From an uncultured Chloroflexia bacterium (GTDB taxonomy: Bacteria; Chloroflexota; Limnocylindria; Limnocylindrales; CSP1-4): a stretch of DNA of 64,000 nucleotides. A program made the position numbers and the translations under genes. Positions 63,039-64,000 of this stretch are shown here, in pieces. The stretch is from assembly GCA_963833225.1 (NCBI GenBank), contig CAWHXD010000017.1, positions 160,001 through 224,000 of the forward strand, given 5' to 3'. Numbering within the stretch: position 1 is the first letter of the stretch; every line of letters begins with the position of its first letter. Below the pieces are notes generated by a model. That model saw only the letters and a program-made list of their open reading frames with translations, was not told the origin of the DNA and did no database searches.

Positions 63039-63334
63039 CGGTCGCCGCGCTCCCAGTCGATGAGGTCCTGGACGGTCAGTCCCCCGAGATCCAGCTTCGG
63101 CCGAGGCTGGTCGAACACGTCGGTCGGAACCTGGCGCGTGGGCAGCCGCAGACCGTCACGCCGGGCCAGCTCCAGTAGGCCCGGGTGGATCCCGGGCCGC
63201 GTGCCATGGCCCGGTGGCACCAGCTCGGCGACGACGACCCCCCGGTCCGTGACGATCACGACGTCGCCGGCTTCCACCTTGCGGATGTATGAGCTGAGCC
63301 GGTTCTTGAGCTCGCGGATGCCGACGGTCTCCAT
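63035..63334 (-). CDS. Phd/YefM-family antitoxin
   Basis: VGIRELKNRLSSYIRKVEAG...VTDRG; overlaps the toxin start. Confidence 0.9.
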   Translation of the reverse strand: METVGIRELKNRLSSYIRKVEAGDVVIVTDRGVVVAELVPPGHGTRPGIHPGLLELARRDGLRLPTRQVPTDVFDQPRPKLDLGGLTVQDLIDWERGDR

Positions 63335-63341
63335 GTCCCCC

Positions 63342-63370
63342 AATGTAGCCACGAGAGGCCACATGGTCAA
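63342..63370 (-). promoter_or_regulatory. Leaderless TA promoter with operator inverted repeat
   Basis: TTGACC-N17-TACATT 7 nt before the ATG; ATGTAGCC-N6-GGCCACAT repeat at 63343-63364. Confidence 0.75.
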
Positions 63371-63507
63371 CCCGACGTCAGCCTGGACCCAACACCATGG
63401 CAACCTCGTGATCGCACCGGGATAGGCGTCGCTCACGACCGAAGCTATCGTCGCGGGGCGCAACAGGACGGCTTCAGGACGCCGGCTCGCGTGGCAACGA
63501 CCGCCGG

Positions 63508-64000
63508 TCAGTCGAGGATCAGCCTCGCGCGCTGGAAGCGGGCCAGGGCAGCCCCGAGCAGGAGGAAATCGGCCACGACGAGGAACAAGGCCGCTACGAC
63601 CCCGATCGTTGCCCAGTCGAGACCGCTCAGCGTCTCGAACAGCTGCCGCCGGATGTCCTGCGGCAGGACCCCCATGACGAGCGCGGGGATGAGCACAACC
63701 GCGAAGATCGCAAGGTTCATGTTCTGCGCCGCCTGGCGCACGGTCGGTGCCCGCAGCGCCACCAGTGCTCCTCCACATGCCACGAACGAGGCGCCGAGGA
63801 GCCCGAAGCCGCCGAGCAGCACGATCGCGAGGGGGTCATACATGAGGAGGCCGTTGCCTGCGTTTGTCACGTTCACCGTGATGAGACCCAGCAGGGCGCT
63901 CACCACCATGAAGCCCCAGCCGTACGCCACCGCGGCCACGACCTTGCCGACCAGGATCGCTCGATCGGAGAGCCGACTCGCAAGCAGGGTTTCAAGCGTG
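63508..64000 (-). CDS. ABC-2 type permease, 5'-truncated by the window edge
   Basis: TLETLLASRLSDRAILVGKV motif and TM helices. Confidence 0.8.
   Translation of the reverse strand, partial: TLETLLASRLSDRAILVGKVVAAVAYGWGFMVVSALLGLITVNVTNAGNGLLMYDPLAIVLLGGFGLLGASFVACGGALVALRAPTVRQAAQNMNLAIFAVVLIPALVMGVLPQDIRRQLFETLSGLDWATIGVVAALFLVVADFLLLGAALARFQRARLILD

Overview
64-kb, very GC-rich bacterial chromosomal segment. It is most likely from a Chloroflexota (Limnocylindria/Ellin6529-like) genome; this is inferred from gene style and content, not proven. Contents in order: a cluster of uncharacterised Zn-finger proteins; a LacI-controlled alpha-glucoside ABC/amylosucrase operon with two operator palindromes; valS behind a Val T-box riboswitch; an actinobacterial-type qcrCAB-ctaC-ctaD-ctaF respiratory operon; tig-clpP-clpX with tRNA-Leu(TAG); cinA, a YcaQ-like glycosylase, Crp and Mrp; a heavily frameshifted polyamine ABC plus aminotransferase operon; assorted small enzymes; an ABC exporter-small ORF-RsgA-GNAT operon behind a leader-peptide attenuator; and a form I aerobic CO dehydrogenase cluster (coxMSL, coxFG, mocA, xdhC, coxE) next to a vapBC module. 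Many indels (30.4-35.9 kb, 55.6-57 kb and scattered elsewhere) look like sequencing errors. Best leads: the attenuated exporter/RsgA/acetyltransferase operon, a FYVE-like multi-Zn protein cluster, MITE-like intergenic elements and pervasive leaderless promoters.
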